Positions 17,198-26,798 of a stretch of 32,000 nt of DNA are shown here, piece by piece. Positions within the stretch are counted from its first letter, which is position 1. Each line of letters begins with the position of its first letter. This DNA is from Candidatus Iainarchaeum sp. GTDB taxonomy: Archaea > Iainarchaeota > Iainarchaeia > Iainarchaeales > CSSED10-239. The notes under the pieces were generated by a model, which worked only from the letters and a program-made list of their open reading frames with translations, made no database searches and was not told where the DNA came from. Made by a program: the position numbers and the translations under genes. The stretch is taken from the NCBI GenBank assembly GCA_028700115.1, contig JAQVTI010000004.1, positions 1 to 32,000 of the forward strand, given 5' to 3'.

Positions 17198-19045
17198 ATG
17201 AAAAAAAATGTAAATTCAAGAATGTATTTAGTAATTGGAGTAATCATAATAGCTCTTGTTTTATTTAGTGCTGGGATTTTTGCATCTCCAATTGATGGTG
17301 TAAATGTTACTTTTGAAAAAAGTACATATAACACAATGGAAGACTTATCTTTAAGAATAAACTATACAATTGAAAACAAATATGCAGAAGATATACAACT
17401 TCTAGTTTATGCAGAGTGTGATTCTGAAGAACTAGAATGTAGTTATTCAAAAACAATGAGTTTAAATGGTTATTCTTCAAAACAAACTTCTTTAATAGTT
17501 AAATCAATTGATGAAGGAAAAACAGATTTAAAGATATATGTTAGAGATATGCTTACAAATGAAGAAAATTATTTCTCAATAGATATAGAAACAGAAGACG
17601 ATTTAGATGAAGGTGACTTTGAAGTTGATGTATCAGACAGATCTTATTGTATAGGTCAATCAAATCATGCATATTTTACATTTGAAGATGTAAAGGTTTC
17701 AGATTTATATTACCTAGAACTTAGTTCAGAACAATTTCCTGCAAACATAAGAGAGGATTTGCCTATCTTTTTAAGAGGGGATGATGAAAAAGTAGATTTT
17801 ATTGTAGATCTGCAAAATGATGTTATGCCTGGAAACTATGAAATGGTTCTAAAAATATATAATGATGATATTGTTTCATATAAGACATTTAATGTAAATG
17901 TAAATGATTGCTCTTTAATTCAAGATCCTGAATTTAGAGTAATTTATCCACAAACAAGTTATTATGTTCTAGAAAAAGATAAACCTAAAGAAATTGAGTT
18001 TACAATTAAGAATTTAACTAGATATAATAAAACAATTTTTATAAATCATTCAGAAGACTTACCTTTTGGAATTTCATTTTCAGATATACAAATTGATCTA
18101 GAAGCATATGCTTCTCAAGAAGTAACTTTAGAAGTTGTTGCTACTCAAGATGTGCCTTCTGGAACTTATCCATTAGATATTACTTTCTTTGATGAAATAA
18201 CAACTTATGAAAAAACATTAACTTTTGCAGTTTCTCCAGAAAGTAATCTTATATCTACATTATTACAATCTAGTTTAGTTGTAAAATTTGGAGAAATTTC
18301 TCAATTTCAAATAGTTTTAGATAATTTAGGAGATTTTGATGAAAGAATAGATGTATCTTTTGTTTCTTCTAATGATTTAGAAATAGATATATTAAATGAT
18401 TCTTTTATAATTCCAAATAATTCTAAAGGAACTATTAATATAAGAATTTCTACTGGTAATAATTCTAAAGAAATGACTAGTAATTTAAATATAATTCTTG
18501 ATAGTAAAGATTCTGATTATAGTGAAGTTTTAATTCTTCCAATTGTTGTAATTAAGCAAATAAATAATTTAAATTTATCAATTCTTTCTCTTCCTCAAGA
18601 ACTTACTTTAGATAGTAATTCAGAAAATATAATTTTCTTAAATTTTAAAAATACTGGTTTAAAAGATATTATTATTTCTGATATTACTTTTGCTGGTATC
18701 TCTCAGGAAATAAGTGTTAAATTTGAATCAAATATATTAATTTCTTCAGGAGAAACAAAAGAAGTTTCTGGAAAAATTAATATTTCTGAGCTTATTTCTC
18801 AAAAGCAAGATGCAGTATTAATTATAAGAACTGATTCTGGTCAAACTTTAACACGAAATATTATTTTAAATATAACAGATAATAATATTGAAGAATTAGA
18901 TGATAATAAAAAATTTGGTCTTACAGGTTTTGTAAATTTAAGTTCTTCTATTTTTATTGGAATTGTTGTGTTTTGTTTACTATTAATTGTTTTATTTGCA
19001 ACAGGTGTAATTAGAACAAAACATAGAAATTATAATAGAAGCTAG
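17198..19045 (+). CDS. Large secreted beta-sandwich (NEW3/Ig-like) membrane protein
   Basis: N-terminal hydrophobic segment VIGVIIIALVLFSAGIFA, repeated beta-sandwich-like domains, C-terminal TM SSIFIGIVVFCLLLIVLFATGV. Track start GTG 17189; ATG 17198 preferred. Confidence 0.75.
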   Translation: MKKNVNSRMYLVIGVIIIALVLFSAGIFASPIDGVNVTFEKSTYNTMEDLSLRINYTIENKYAEDIQLLVYAECDSEELECSYSKTMSLNGYSSKQTSLIVKSIDEGKTDLKIYVRDMLTNEENYFSIDIETEDDLDEGDFEVDVSDRSYCIGQSNHAYFTFEDVKVSDLYYLELSSEQFPANIREDLPIFLRGDDEKVDFIVDLQNDVMPGNYEMVLKIYNDDIVSYKTFNVNVNDCSLIQDPEFRVIYPQTSYYVLEKDKPKEIEFTIKNLTRYNKTIFINHSEDLPFGISFSDIQIDLEAYASQEVTLEVVATQDVPSGTYPLDITFFDEITTYEKTLTFAVSPESNLISTLLQSSLVVKFGEISQFQIVLDNLGDFDERIDVSFVSSNDLEIDILNDSFIIPNNSKGTINIRISTGNNSKEMTSNLNIILDSKDSDYSEVLILPIVVIKQINNLNLSILSLPQELTLDSNSENIIFLNFKNTGLKDIIISDITFAGISQEISVKFESNILISSGETKEVSGKINISELISQKQDAVLIIRTDSGQTLTRNIILNITDNNIEELDDNKKFGLTGFVNLSSSIFIGIVVFCLLLIVLFATGVIRTKHRNYNRS

Positions 19046-20778
19046 AATTTATTTTTAGTTTCTTCAATTTCTTTTATTTTTTTATTTAAAAGATTCATAT
19101 TTTGATTCATTTTATCTATATTTTTATCAATTACAGCAATAAATTGTTTTTTAAAATTATCAACTTCTTTTATTTTTTCATCAATAATTTTTACGGCCAT
19201 TGCATCTCTTTCTAATTTTTTTTCAAATTCATTAACTTCTTTAATTTTTTGTTTAAAATCTTGTGTAATTGATGCTTCATATATTTTTAAAGATTGACTT
19301 ATTTTTTCATCAATTGTAACAATAAGATTTTGTTCAAAATCTTTTAATTCTTCTAATTTTTTATTTATTTTTTCTGGGTCTGTTTTATTTGCTATTTCAT
19401 TTCTAAAATGTTCTAATTCTTGTAATTCTTTTTTAATTTCTTGAGTCATTGAATTTTTTGCTTTACTTAAAAATTCTAATTTAACATTTTCAAATCTTTT
19501 TTCATATCTAATTGCTAAATTTTCTTTATAATTTTCTAATTCTTCTAATTTTAAATATAATTTTTTTGGATCTATATTTTTACTTATTTCTTCTTTAAAA
19601 ATATTTAATTTTTTTATTTGTTCTTTAATATTTTCTTGAGTATTTTTTACTAATCCTTGTGTAATTCTTGATTGAAGTGCTAAAGTGCTATTTATTTCTT
19701 TCATTTTTTCATTTAATTTTGTAGTTATTTTTGAAATTATTTTTGATATATTATCTTCTGTATTTTCTATTATTTGATCTGTTTTATTTTTAGTATTTTG
19801 TATATTTTCAATTACTTCTTTGTTTCTAGTTTCTAATTGATTACTATATGTTATTATTTTGTCTTTATCTTCTTCTAAAGTTTTTATTTTTGCATTTAAT
19901 TTTGCTTCAATTATTTTGAATTTTGTGATTTCAGATATTATTTTTGTATTTAATTTTGTTGATTCTTCAAGTATATTTTCTTCTAATTTTTTATTAATTA
20001 TTTCTTTTGTTTCTTTTTCGGAGTTTTCTATTCTATTCATTTCTATTTTTACTTTTTCTTTTATAAATTCTTCTAATTTTTTTTGTTTTATATCTAATTC
20101 ATTTAATTTTGAATTAATTGTTGTAATTATTCCTGAAGCCCATATTTTATCTGTATCTTTTTGATTGTTTTCTTCATTTTGTTCTTTTTCTGATTGATTT
20201 TTTTTGTTTAAATAATTATATTCAAATTTAAAATCATCATCATCTTTTGTATAATTTTTAAGATTATCAATATCTATTTCTTTTGTTAAATCTATATTTT
20301 CATTTTCTTTTTTAAAATAATTTTTATTATCAATATCTTTCTCTGGGATTTTAATTTTATAATTTTCTGAAAAAAAGTTTTCTGGGATTTCTTCTTTTAA
20401 TTTTATATTATTTGTTTCTTCAATTTTATCTTTTATTTTTTCTTATTTTTTTTTTGTATCTTCTTGTTTTTCTTTTTTTAGATCTTTTTTTGTATCTTTT
20501 TGTTGGTTTTGATTAATTATTTTTTTATTTTCAGTATTTTTTTCATCTATATTTTTTTCTTTTTCAATATCTTTTATTATTTCTATTTTTTCTTCATCTT
20601 TATATTGATTAGAAGATATATTTTTATCATTAGATATATTTATAAGATCTTTACTATCGTCTTCACTAAGCCCCATTTGCATAAGATTTTCTATTATTTC
20701 TTTATCAGGCATTCCTAGTGATTTTAATTTTTTTATATTTTCAATAACTCTTTGATCTGCAATCATATTTTCACACAA
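19042..20778 (-). pseudogene. Coiled-coil protein gene (about 578 codons) split by one in-frame TAA at 20443-20445
   Basis: Track ORFs 20443..20778(-) and 19042..20040(-) are in the same frame, and manual translation of 20442-20041 on the minus strand shows no other stop and no ATG. Confidence 0.7.
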
Positions 20779-20780
20779 AT

Positions 20781-21335
20781 TTATTTTATTTTATTTTTTA
20801 TTTTTGTTGTAATTTCTTTAAAGACTTCTTTTATTTCTTTATTGCCATTTATTATAATTAATTTATTTCTATTTTTATATTCTTTTATTACAGGATCTGT
20901 TTTTTCATAATAAAAATTAAGTCTATTTTCTATTGATTTTTTAGTGTCATCATATCTTTTTCTTAAAAGTAATCTTTTAATACATTCTTTTTTATTTAGT
21001 TTTATATAAATTATATTTTTAAGTTTTATATCTTTATTTAAATATAAAAAATAATCTAACATATTTGCTTGAGCAATTTCTCTTGGAAATCCATCTATTA
21101 ATATATTTTTATTTTTAATTTTTTTAATTTCTTTAAACATTAAGTCAGATGATATCTCAGGAGGTACTAATTCTCCATTAGTCATAATTTTTTTAATATT
21201 TTTATTTTGTTTTGATTTTTTTATAAGTAAATCACTCATAATTATATATCCTAAATTAAATTTGTTTTTAATATTTTCTCCTTGTGTGCTTTTTCCAGAT
21301 CCTTGTGGACCTAATATAATATATAAATTTTTCAT
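20781..21335 (-). CDS. adk: Adenylate kinase
   Basis: P-loop ILGPQGSGKSTQGENI, FPREIAQANML segment, RLLLRKRYDDTKKSIENRL. Confidence 0.88.
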   Translation of the reverse strand: MKNLYIILGPQGSGKSTQGENIKNKFNLGYIIMSDLLIKKSKQNKNIKKIMTNGELVPPEISSDLMFKEIKKIKNKNILIDGFPREIAQANMLDYFLYLNKDIKLKNIIYIKLNKKECIKRLLLRKRYDDTKKSIENRLNFYYEKTDPVIKEYKNRNKLIIINGNKEIKEVFKEITTKIKNKIK

Positions 21336-21479
21336 ATTTATTCTATTTAATTTTATATATATTGTGATTTTTTTAAATAAGATTATATTTAAAATATATC
21401 TTATTAAATATATTTATATTAAAAATAGTTATATATTATATTTAAAAGACTTATCATTTTTAAAAATATATATAATATT

Positions 21480-21554
21480 AGACCGGTAGCGTAGTCTGGA
21501 TAACGCATCTGCCTCCTAAGCAGAAGATCATGGGTTCGAATCCCATTCGGTCTG
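21480..21554 (+). tRNA. tRNA-Arg(CCT)
   Basis: AGACCGG/TCGGTCT acceptor (7 bp incl. one G-U), D-stem GCGT/ACGC, anticodon stem TCTGC/GCAGA with loop CTCCTAA (anticodon CCT), T-stem ATGGG/CCCAT with TTCGAAT; 75 nt, no encoded CCA. Confidence 0.97.
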
Positions 21555-21711
21555 TTATATTTTATTATTTTTGTATATTTATCCCTATTCTGTTTTTAAA
21601 TCTTTTCGGTATTTTTTTTAAATAGTATGTATTTATAAATTGTAAATATTCTTAAGATATTTATTAATACAATCTTTTATTTTAAATAAAAACTTTGGAG
21701 GATAGATTGTT

Positions 21712-21864
21712 ATGATGGTAAATAAATTAAATGTTGAATCAATTAATGATTTTGTTTTAGATTTTTTATCTAAATATAAATTTAAATTTGATGACGACGA
21801 AGAAGATTATGAAGACTTTGATGAAGAAGATGAAGATGAAGATGAAGAAGAAGATGATGAATAA
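21712..21864 (+). CDS. Small acidic protein (50 aa), C-terminal Asp/Glu tract
   Basis: ATG preceded by GGAGG; MMVNKLNVESINDFVLDFLSKYKFKFDDDEEDYEDFDEEDEDEDEEEDDE*. Not in the supplied ORF track. Confidence 0.65.
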   Translation: MMVNKLNVESINDFVLDFLSKYKFKFDDDEEDYEDFDEEDEDEDEEEDDE

Positions 21865-21910
21865 TTATTATTTTGAAACTTATCTTTTTAAAATATTAGG
21901 AAAATTATAA

Positions 21911-22009
21911 ATGGGGGAAAATATTTTGGCAAAGAAAAATGTTAAAGCTTCTGAAACTAAAAAAACAGATGCTAAAGCTACTAAAAAAGTAAAGAAAAGT
22001 AAAAAATAA
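21911..22009 (+). CDS. Small basic Lys/Ala-rich protein (32 aa)
   Basis: MGENILAKKNVKASETKKTDAKATKKVKKSKK*; 46 bp after the acidic mini-ORF. Not in the supplied ORF track; TTG at 21926 is a possible alternative start. Confidence 0.5.
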   Translation: MGENILAKKNVKASETKKTDAKATKKVKKSKK

Positions 22010-22054
22010 ATTTTTCTATTTTTTTTCTTTTTTTTTCCTTTTTTTCCCTAATTT

Positions 22055-22215
22055 CTTTTTTATAAATTATTTTTTTTATAAATTATTTTTCTTTTTTATA
22101 AATTATTTTTCTTTTTTATAAATTATTTTTCTTTTTTATAAATTATTTTTCTTTTTTATAAATTATTTTTCTTTTTTATAAATTATTTTTCTTTTTTATA
22201 AATTATTTTTTTTAT
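22055..22215. repeat. 20-bp tandem repeat (CTTTTTTATAAATTATTTTT)n
   Basis: Six consecutive exact 20-bp units at 22091-22210, plus degenerate units upstream (TATAAATTATTTTT at 22061 and about 22077). Confidence 0.95.
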
Positions 22216-22287
22216 ATAATAAACTATATGTTTATAAATTCTTACTTCTTCTTATAATATATTTAAAATATATATTAGAGATTAAAT

Positions 22288-23730
22288 ATGGGTTTTTATT
22301 GGAATTTTAGAAATATATTTCATACTACTGGAAAAACAATAATGTTTAGTAGTTTTACTTTACTTCTACCTATTATTTTATCTTTATTTTTAAAAGAAGG
22401 ATTTTTTGTAACAAATACATATATTTTAATTTTTCTTTTAACATTTATTTTTGGGTATTTATTTTTTAAATTTATAAAAAGAGAAAATATTTTTGGATTG
22501 ACTTTTTCTCAAAGTCTTTTAATTGTTTTTTTTATTTGGCTTTTATATGCTATATTTTCTTCTTTACCTTTTTATTTTTTATCTGAATTAAATTTTATTG
22601 ATTCTTTTTTTGAAAGTATGTCTTCTTTAACAACTACAGGTCTTTCAATGTATAGTACAGGAGTTCCTATTTTAAAAAGTTTAATTATATGGAGATCTTT
22701 TTTATCATGGATTGGTGGTCTTGGTATTATAGTTTTAGCATATTTAGGAATATCTAAAAACATTTCTTTTAGTTCAAGACTTTTTTCTGCAGAAGGACAT
22801 GAAAGATTAAGACCTAGTCCTTCAAAAACTATAATAAATATGTGGATAATTTATTTAATTTTAACAATTCTGGGGGTTTTGTTTTTATATTTTGCAGGAA
22901 TGACTTTATTTGATTCATTTAATTATTCTATGTCTGCAATTTCTACAAATGGTGTTCAATCTAATAGTTTAGGTTTATCTATTATTGGTACTCCATTAAT
23001 TAAGTTAGTTTTAATTATAATAATGATTTTTGGGGCTACATCTTTTATTTTACATTATAATTTTTATAAAAAAAAATCTTTTAAAATTTATTTTAAAGAT
23101 AAACAATTTATATCTATGATTTTATTAATATTAATTTCTTTGTTTTTTGTTTTTTTAAAACTTGGAAAAGAATATGATCTTATTACAATTTTATTAAATA
23201 TTATAAGTATGATTACTTGTGGTGGTTTTACAACTTTTTCTACAAATCAATTACTTAATTCAGTACCATTTGTTTTTGGGATATTTTTATTATTAATGTT
23301 TATTGGAGGGTCTACTAATTCTACAACAGGAGGTATAAAAATAAACAGATTTATAATCTTTTTAAAATCTATTTTTTGGAAAATAAAACAATCTACACTT
23401 CCAAATATTGCTTATTTTCCAAGAAAATATAATAATAATATTATTGAAAATAAAGAAATTCGTTCAATTTATTTTTTTATTTTAGTTTATTTATTTTTTA
23501 TAGTTATTGGAATTTTTGTATTTACTTTTAATGGTTATTCTATAAATTCAAGTACTTTTGAAATAATTTCTGCACAAAGTAATGTTGGTTTAAGTATTGG
23601 TCTTACAAATAGTTTTATGCCTTTATCTACAAAACTTATGCTTATAATTAATATGTGGATTGGAAGATTAGAAATTATTCCTGTTCTTTCAATATTAGGT
23701 TTAATATTTATAAAAAAGCATAAACATTAA
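22288..23730 (+). CDS. trkH: Potassium uptake protein TrkH
   Basis: Multi-pass membrane protein with TTTGLSMYSTG, SAISTNGVQSNSLGLS, ITCGGFTTFS and QSNVGLSIGLTN pore/filter-like segments. Confidence 0.93.
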   Translation: MGFYWNFRNIFHTTGKTIMFSSFTLLLPIILSLFLKEGFFVTNTYILIFLLTFIFGYLFFKFIKRENIFGLTFSQSLLIVFFIWLLYAIFSSLPFYFLSELNFIDSFFESMSSLTTTGLSMYSTGVPILKSLIIWRSFLSWIGGLGIIVLAYLGISKNISFSSRLFSAEGHERLRPSPSKTIINMWIIYLILTILGVLFLYFAGMTLFDSFNYSMSAISTNGVQSNSLGLSIIGTPLIKLVLIIIMIFGATSFILHYNFYKKKSFKIYFKDKQFISMILLILISLFFVFLKLGKEYDLITILLNIISMITCGGFTTFSTNQLLNSVPFVFGIFLLLMFIGGSTNSTTGGIKINRFIIFLKSIFWKIKQSTLPNIAYFPRKYNNNIIENKEIRSIYFFILVYLFFIVIGIFVFTFNGYSINSSTFEIISAQSNVGLSIGLTNSFMPLSTKLMLIINMWIGRLEIIPVLSILGLIFIKKHKH

Positions 23731-23792
23731 TTTTTAAATAAATAAGAAGATTTATAATATTTAAGTATATTAAATTATAAAGAGGAATTAAT

Positions 23793-24449
23793 ATGTATAT
23801 AATTATAATAGGTGCTGGGAATCTAGGTTTTTATGTAACTCAGACTCTTTCATCTGAAAATCATGATGTAGTTGTTATTGAAAAAGATGAAAAGAGATGT
23901 AAGAGTATATCTAATGATTTAGATGTAGTTACAATTAATGGAGATGCAACTGAATTATCTGTTTTAAAAAAAGCAGGAATTGATGAAGCAGATGTTGTTA
24001 TTTGTTTGACTGAAATGGATGAAATTAATTTAATAATAGGTCTTATGTGTAAAGAGCTTGGTGTAAATACAGTTGCTGCTTCTTTAAGCAAGATGGATTA
24101 TCAAAAATCAGTTTTAAAGAAACTAGGTATAGATATTGTAATTCATGCAGAAGCTGCTGCTGCTGGATATATATCACAATTAATTACACAGCCTGATGTT
24201 TTAGATCTTTCTTTTTATTCAAAAGGAGATGCTGAGATTGTTGAACTTAAAATTAATGATAAATCTAAATTTATTGGAAAATCTGTTTGTAAGTTTAATG
24301 ATCATATTCCTGGAGATACAAAAGTTATTGGTATTTATAAGAAAGGTAAATTTTTAATACCAGATGATGATTTAAAAATTGATAAAGGAGATAAGATTTT
24401 AATAATCTCTAAAAAAAGTAAAGTCTCATCTGTAAGAAAGTTAAAATAA
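23793..24449 (+). CDS. trkA: Potassium uptake regulatory protein TrkA (TrkA-N/TrkA-C)
   Basis: Rossmann IIIGAGNLGFYVTQTLSSENHDVVVIEKD, DATELSVLKKAGIDEADVVI, C-terminal RCK-C like domain; follows trkH. Confidence 0.93.
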   Translation: MYIIIIGAGNLGFYVTQTLSSENHDVVVIEKDEKRCKSISNDLDVVTINGDATELSVLKKAGIDEADVVICLTEMDEINLIIGLMCKELGVNTVAASLSKMDYQKSVLKKLGIDIVIHAEAAAAGYISQLITQPDVLDLSFYSKGDAEIVELKINDKSKFIGKSVCKFNDHIPGDTKVIGIYKKGKFLIPDDDLKIDKGDKILIISKKSKVSSVRKLK

Positions 24450-24472
24450 TTTTCTTATTTTTCTATTTTTTT

Positions 24473-25213
24473 TTAATTTTCATTTAAATCTTTAAAATGA
24501 ATACAAAAAGTTGTTCTATATACTCTTTGTCCATCTTTACTAACTCCAACTAATGTTTTTGAAGTTTTATATTCTTTTGCAATTTTATGTTTCATTAAAT
24601 GTTTTACAATATTATAGCTTATTTTTAAATTATCTAAATATAAGTCTGTTCCTGTTTTTTGTTTTTCTTCTCTTACAACATGTATTGTTGCACTAATTTT
24701 ATTTGTTTTTTCATTAATATTATCTATTATAGTTTCAATTTCTTTAAGTATTTTTTCTTCTACAATTTCCATAAATTTTTTATTATTAAATCTTAATTGC
24801 AAAATTGTTGTATAATAATTTCCAGAAATTCTTGAGCATGTAAGGCAAGTATCTTTTTTTAGATTAATTTCTTTTTCTTTTATAATTTCTTTAATTTTAT
24901 TTCCAAGTAAAGATTTTATATTAAATATAGCCTTATATTTATTTGATTCAAAATTTAGATCAAAAATAAGATCTATTTTTGTTTGTTTTAAATCTAAAAT
25001 TTTAACATTTTTTAAAATTGCTTCTTTTACATTTTCGAAATTATTATACCATATTTTACCATATCTAATTTTATTACATTTAACACAGTATGTAATATCT
25101 AAATCTGGTATTTTTACAAGTTCATGATCTTTAAGATAGCAATCTATACAAAAATTATTAATAGAATTACTATCATCTATATCTTTTCCACATTTTGGGC
25201 AAAATCTTTTCAT
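24473..25213 (-). CDS. NMD3-like ribosomal export/assembly family protein
   Basis: MKRFCPKCGKDI...FCIDCYLKDH, YCVKCNKIRYGKIW, CLTCSRISGNYYTTILQLR: paired zinc motifs of archaeal NMD3-related proteins. Confidence 0.85.
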   Translation of the reverse strand: MKRFCPKCGKDIDDSNSINNFCIDCYLKDHELVKIPDLDITYCVKCNKIRYGKIWYNNFENVKEAILKNVKILDLKQTKIDLIFDLNFESNKYKAIFNIKSLLGNKIKEIIKEKEINLKKDTCLTCSRISGNYYTTILQLRFNNKKFMEIVEEKILKEIETIIDNINEKTNKISATIHVVREEKQKTGTDLYLDNLKISYNIVKHLMKHKIAKEYKTSKTLVGVSKDGQRVYRTTFCIHFKDLNEN

Positions 25214-25225
25214 AATTTTATCCTA

Positions 25226-26548
25226 TTATATATCAAATATATCTCCTACTTTTGGGGCTATATTTTCTATTTTTTTCTTATTAATTTCTTTTCTAAATTC
25301 TTCAATAGTTTTTGAATCTCCATGAACACATATTATTTTTTTTGGTTTAACAATATCTATTAATTCAAAAAGTTCTTTTTGATCTAGATGTGCAGATATA
25401 CTTACGTGTTTTATTTGGCAATTTATTTTATATAATTCTTTATCTATATATAATTTTCCAGTTTTTAAAAGTCTATCTCCATTTGTTCCATCAACTTGAT
25501 ATCCTGTAAGTATTAATTTGTTATCTTTATTATTTCCAAATTCTTTTAAATAAAGCATAACAGGTCCACCTTCTAACATTCCAGCAGTAGTAATAATTAT
25601 TGCAGGTTCTGGGGTTCTTAAAATATCTTTTCTTGTTCTATGATTTGTTATTAATTCAGTTCTATCTAATGCTTTTTTAAAACTTTTTAAATCATTTAAA
25701 TATTCTTTATGATCTGCAAATATTCTACTTGCTTTTATCCCCATTCCATCTACATATATTGGCGCATTTATTTTATATTTATCTAATAAAGCAATTAATT
25801 CTTGTGTTCTTTCAATTGCAAAAGCAGCTAAAATTACTTTGTGACCATTTTCTATGGTTTCTTTTATTTCAGAAATTAATTCTTTTTCTAAATTTTCTCT
25901 TGATTTGTGATTTTTATTACCATAAGTTGATTCTGTAATTAATATATCTACTTGTGGGAGATTTCTATCAAATCCTTTAAATAAAGTTGATTTTTCTGAT
26001 CTTATATCTCCAGTATACATTATTTTTTTACCTTCTGTTTCTAAAATAGAGATAACACTTCCTGAGATATGTCCTGCATCATAAAATGTTAATCTAGAAT
26101 ATTTTGATATTTCTATTGTTTCTCTTAAATTTAAATAAAATGCAGCTTTATTTGCAAATTTAATTTCATCTTTATTAAATGGTGGTTCTTTGTCATCATA
26201 TTTTGCAATTTTTAAAGTATCAAGCCATAATAAATTAGATAATTCTAAAGTAGCTTCTGTTAAAAAAAGATTTGGATCTCCTTTTTTATATAGAGAAGGT
26301 ATATCTCCAGAATGATCTAAATGTGCATGACTTAAAATTACTGCATCTAAATGTTCTTTTATTTTTAGAGGTTCTTCTGTATATTCTTCTTCGATTTTAT
26401 ATTTTTCTGATAAATTTTTATTTTTTTGGTTTTTAAATTTAGGATGTAATTTAAGACCATAATCAAAAAGTATATTTTCATTATCTGTTTTTATAAGAAT
26501 ACCACTTCTTCCTACTTCTTGACCAGCACCAAGGCATTTTAATTTCAT
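25226..26548 (-). CDS. Beta-CASP metallo-beta-lactamase ribonuclease (archaeal CPSF-like)
   Basis: SHAHLDHSGDIPSLY, YTGDIRSE, TESTYGNKNH, AFAIERTQE, ITTAGMLEGGP, SAHLDQKELFELI, CVHGDSKTIEEF. Confidence 0.93.
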   Translation of the reverse strand: MKLKCLGAGQEVGRSGILIKTDNENILFDYGLKLHPKFKNQKNKNLSEKYKIEEEYTEEPLKIKEHLDAVILSHAHLDHSGDIPSLYKKGDPNLFLTEATLELSNLLWLDTLKIAKYDDKEPPFNKDEIKFANKAAFYLNLRETIEISKYSRLTFYDAGHISGSVISILETEGKKIMYTGDIRSEKSTLFKGFDRNLPQVDILITESTYGNKNHKSRENLEKELISEIKETIENGHKVILAAFAIERTQELIALLDKYKINAPIYVDGMGIKASRIFADHKEYLNDLKSFKKALDRTELITNHRTRKDILRTPEPAIIITTAGMLEGGPVMLYLKEFGNNKDNKLILTGYQVDGTNGDRLLKTGKLYIDKELYKINCQIKHVSISAHLDQKELFELIDIVKPKKIICVHGDSKTIEEFRKEINKKKIENIAPKVGDIFDI

Positions 26549-26798
26549 TTGAAATCACTTCCATTTTTATATTTATAATTATTAATATATTTAATTTATT
26601 TTTTTAATTTATTTTTAAAAATTTAATTTATTATAATAATTTTTAGATTTTAATTTATTATAATTATAGTTTATAATAATATATTATTAGTTTATTTTTT
26701 ATTAATTATATTTATATTTTTAATATATATTCTAAAAGCAAAGTTAATAAATATCTATGTGTATATTATATTTATAATATTTGAATATGTGTATATAT

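Noticed and set aside
17149-17334. Minus-strand 61-aa ORF
   Set aside because: Antisense to signal peptide/start region of the secreted protein.
19859-20718. Plus-strand ORFs 19859..20164 and 20500..20718
   Set aside because: Ile/Phe/Ser-rich shadows of the minus-strand coiled-coil gene.
21480-21554. tRNA as an integration site of the defence island
   Set aside because: The tRNA is about 9 kb from the island with core-type genes in between, and I saw no duplicated tRNA 3' end.
22055-22215. CRISPR array
   Set aside because: Units are contiguous 20-bp tandem copies with no variable spacers, and no cas genes are visible in the window.
25729-25938. Plus-strand ORFs 25124..25315 and 25729..25938
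   Set aside because: Antisense to NMD3-like and beta-CASP genes; no motif support.
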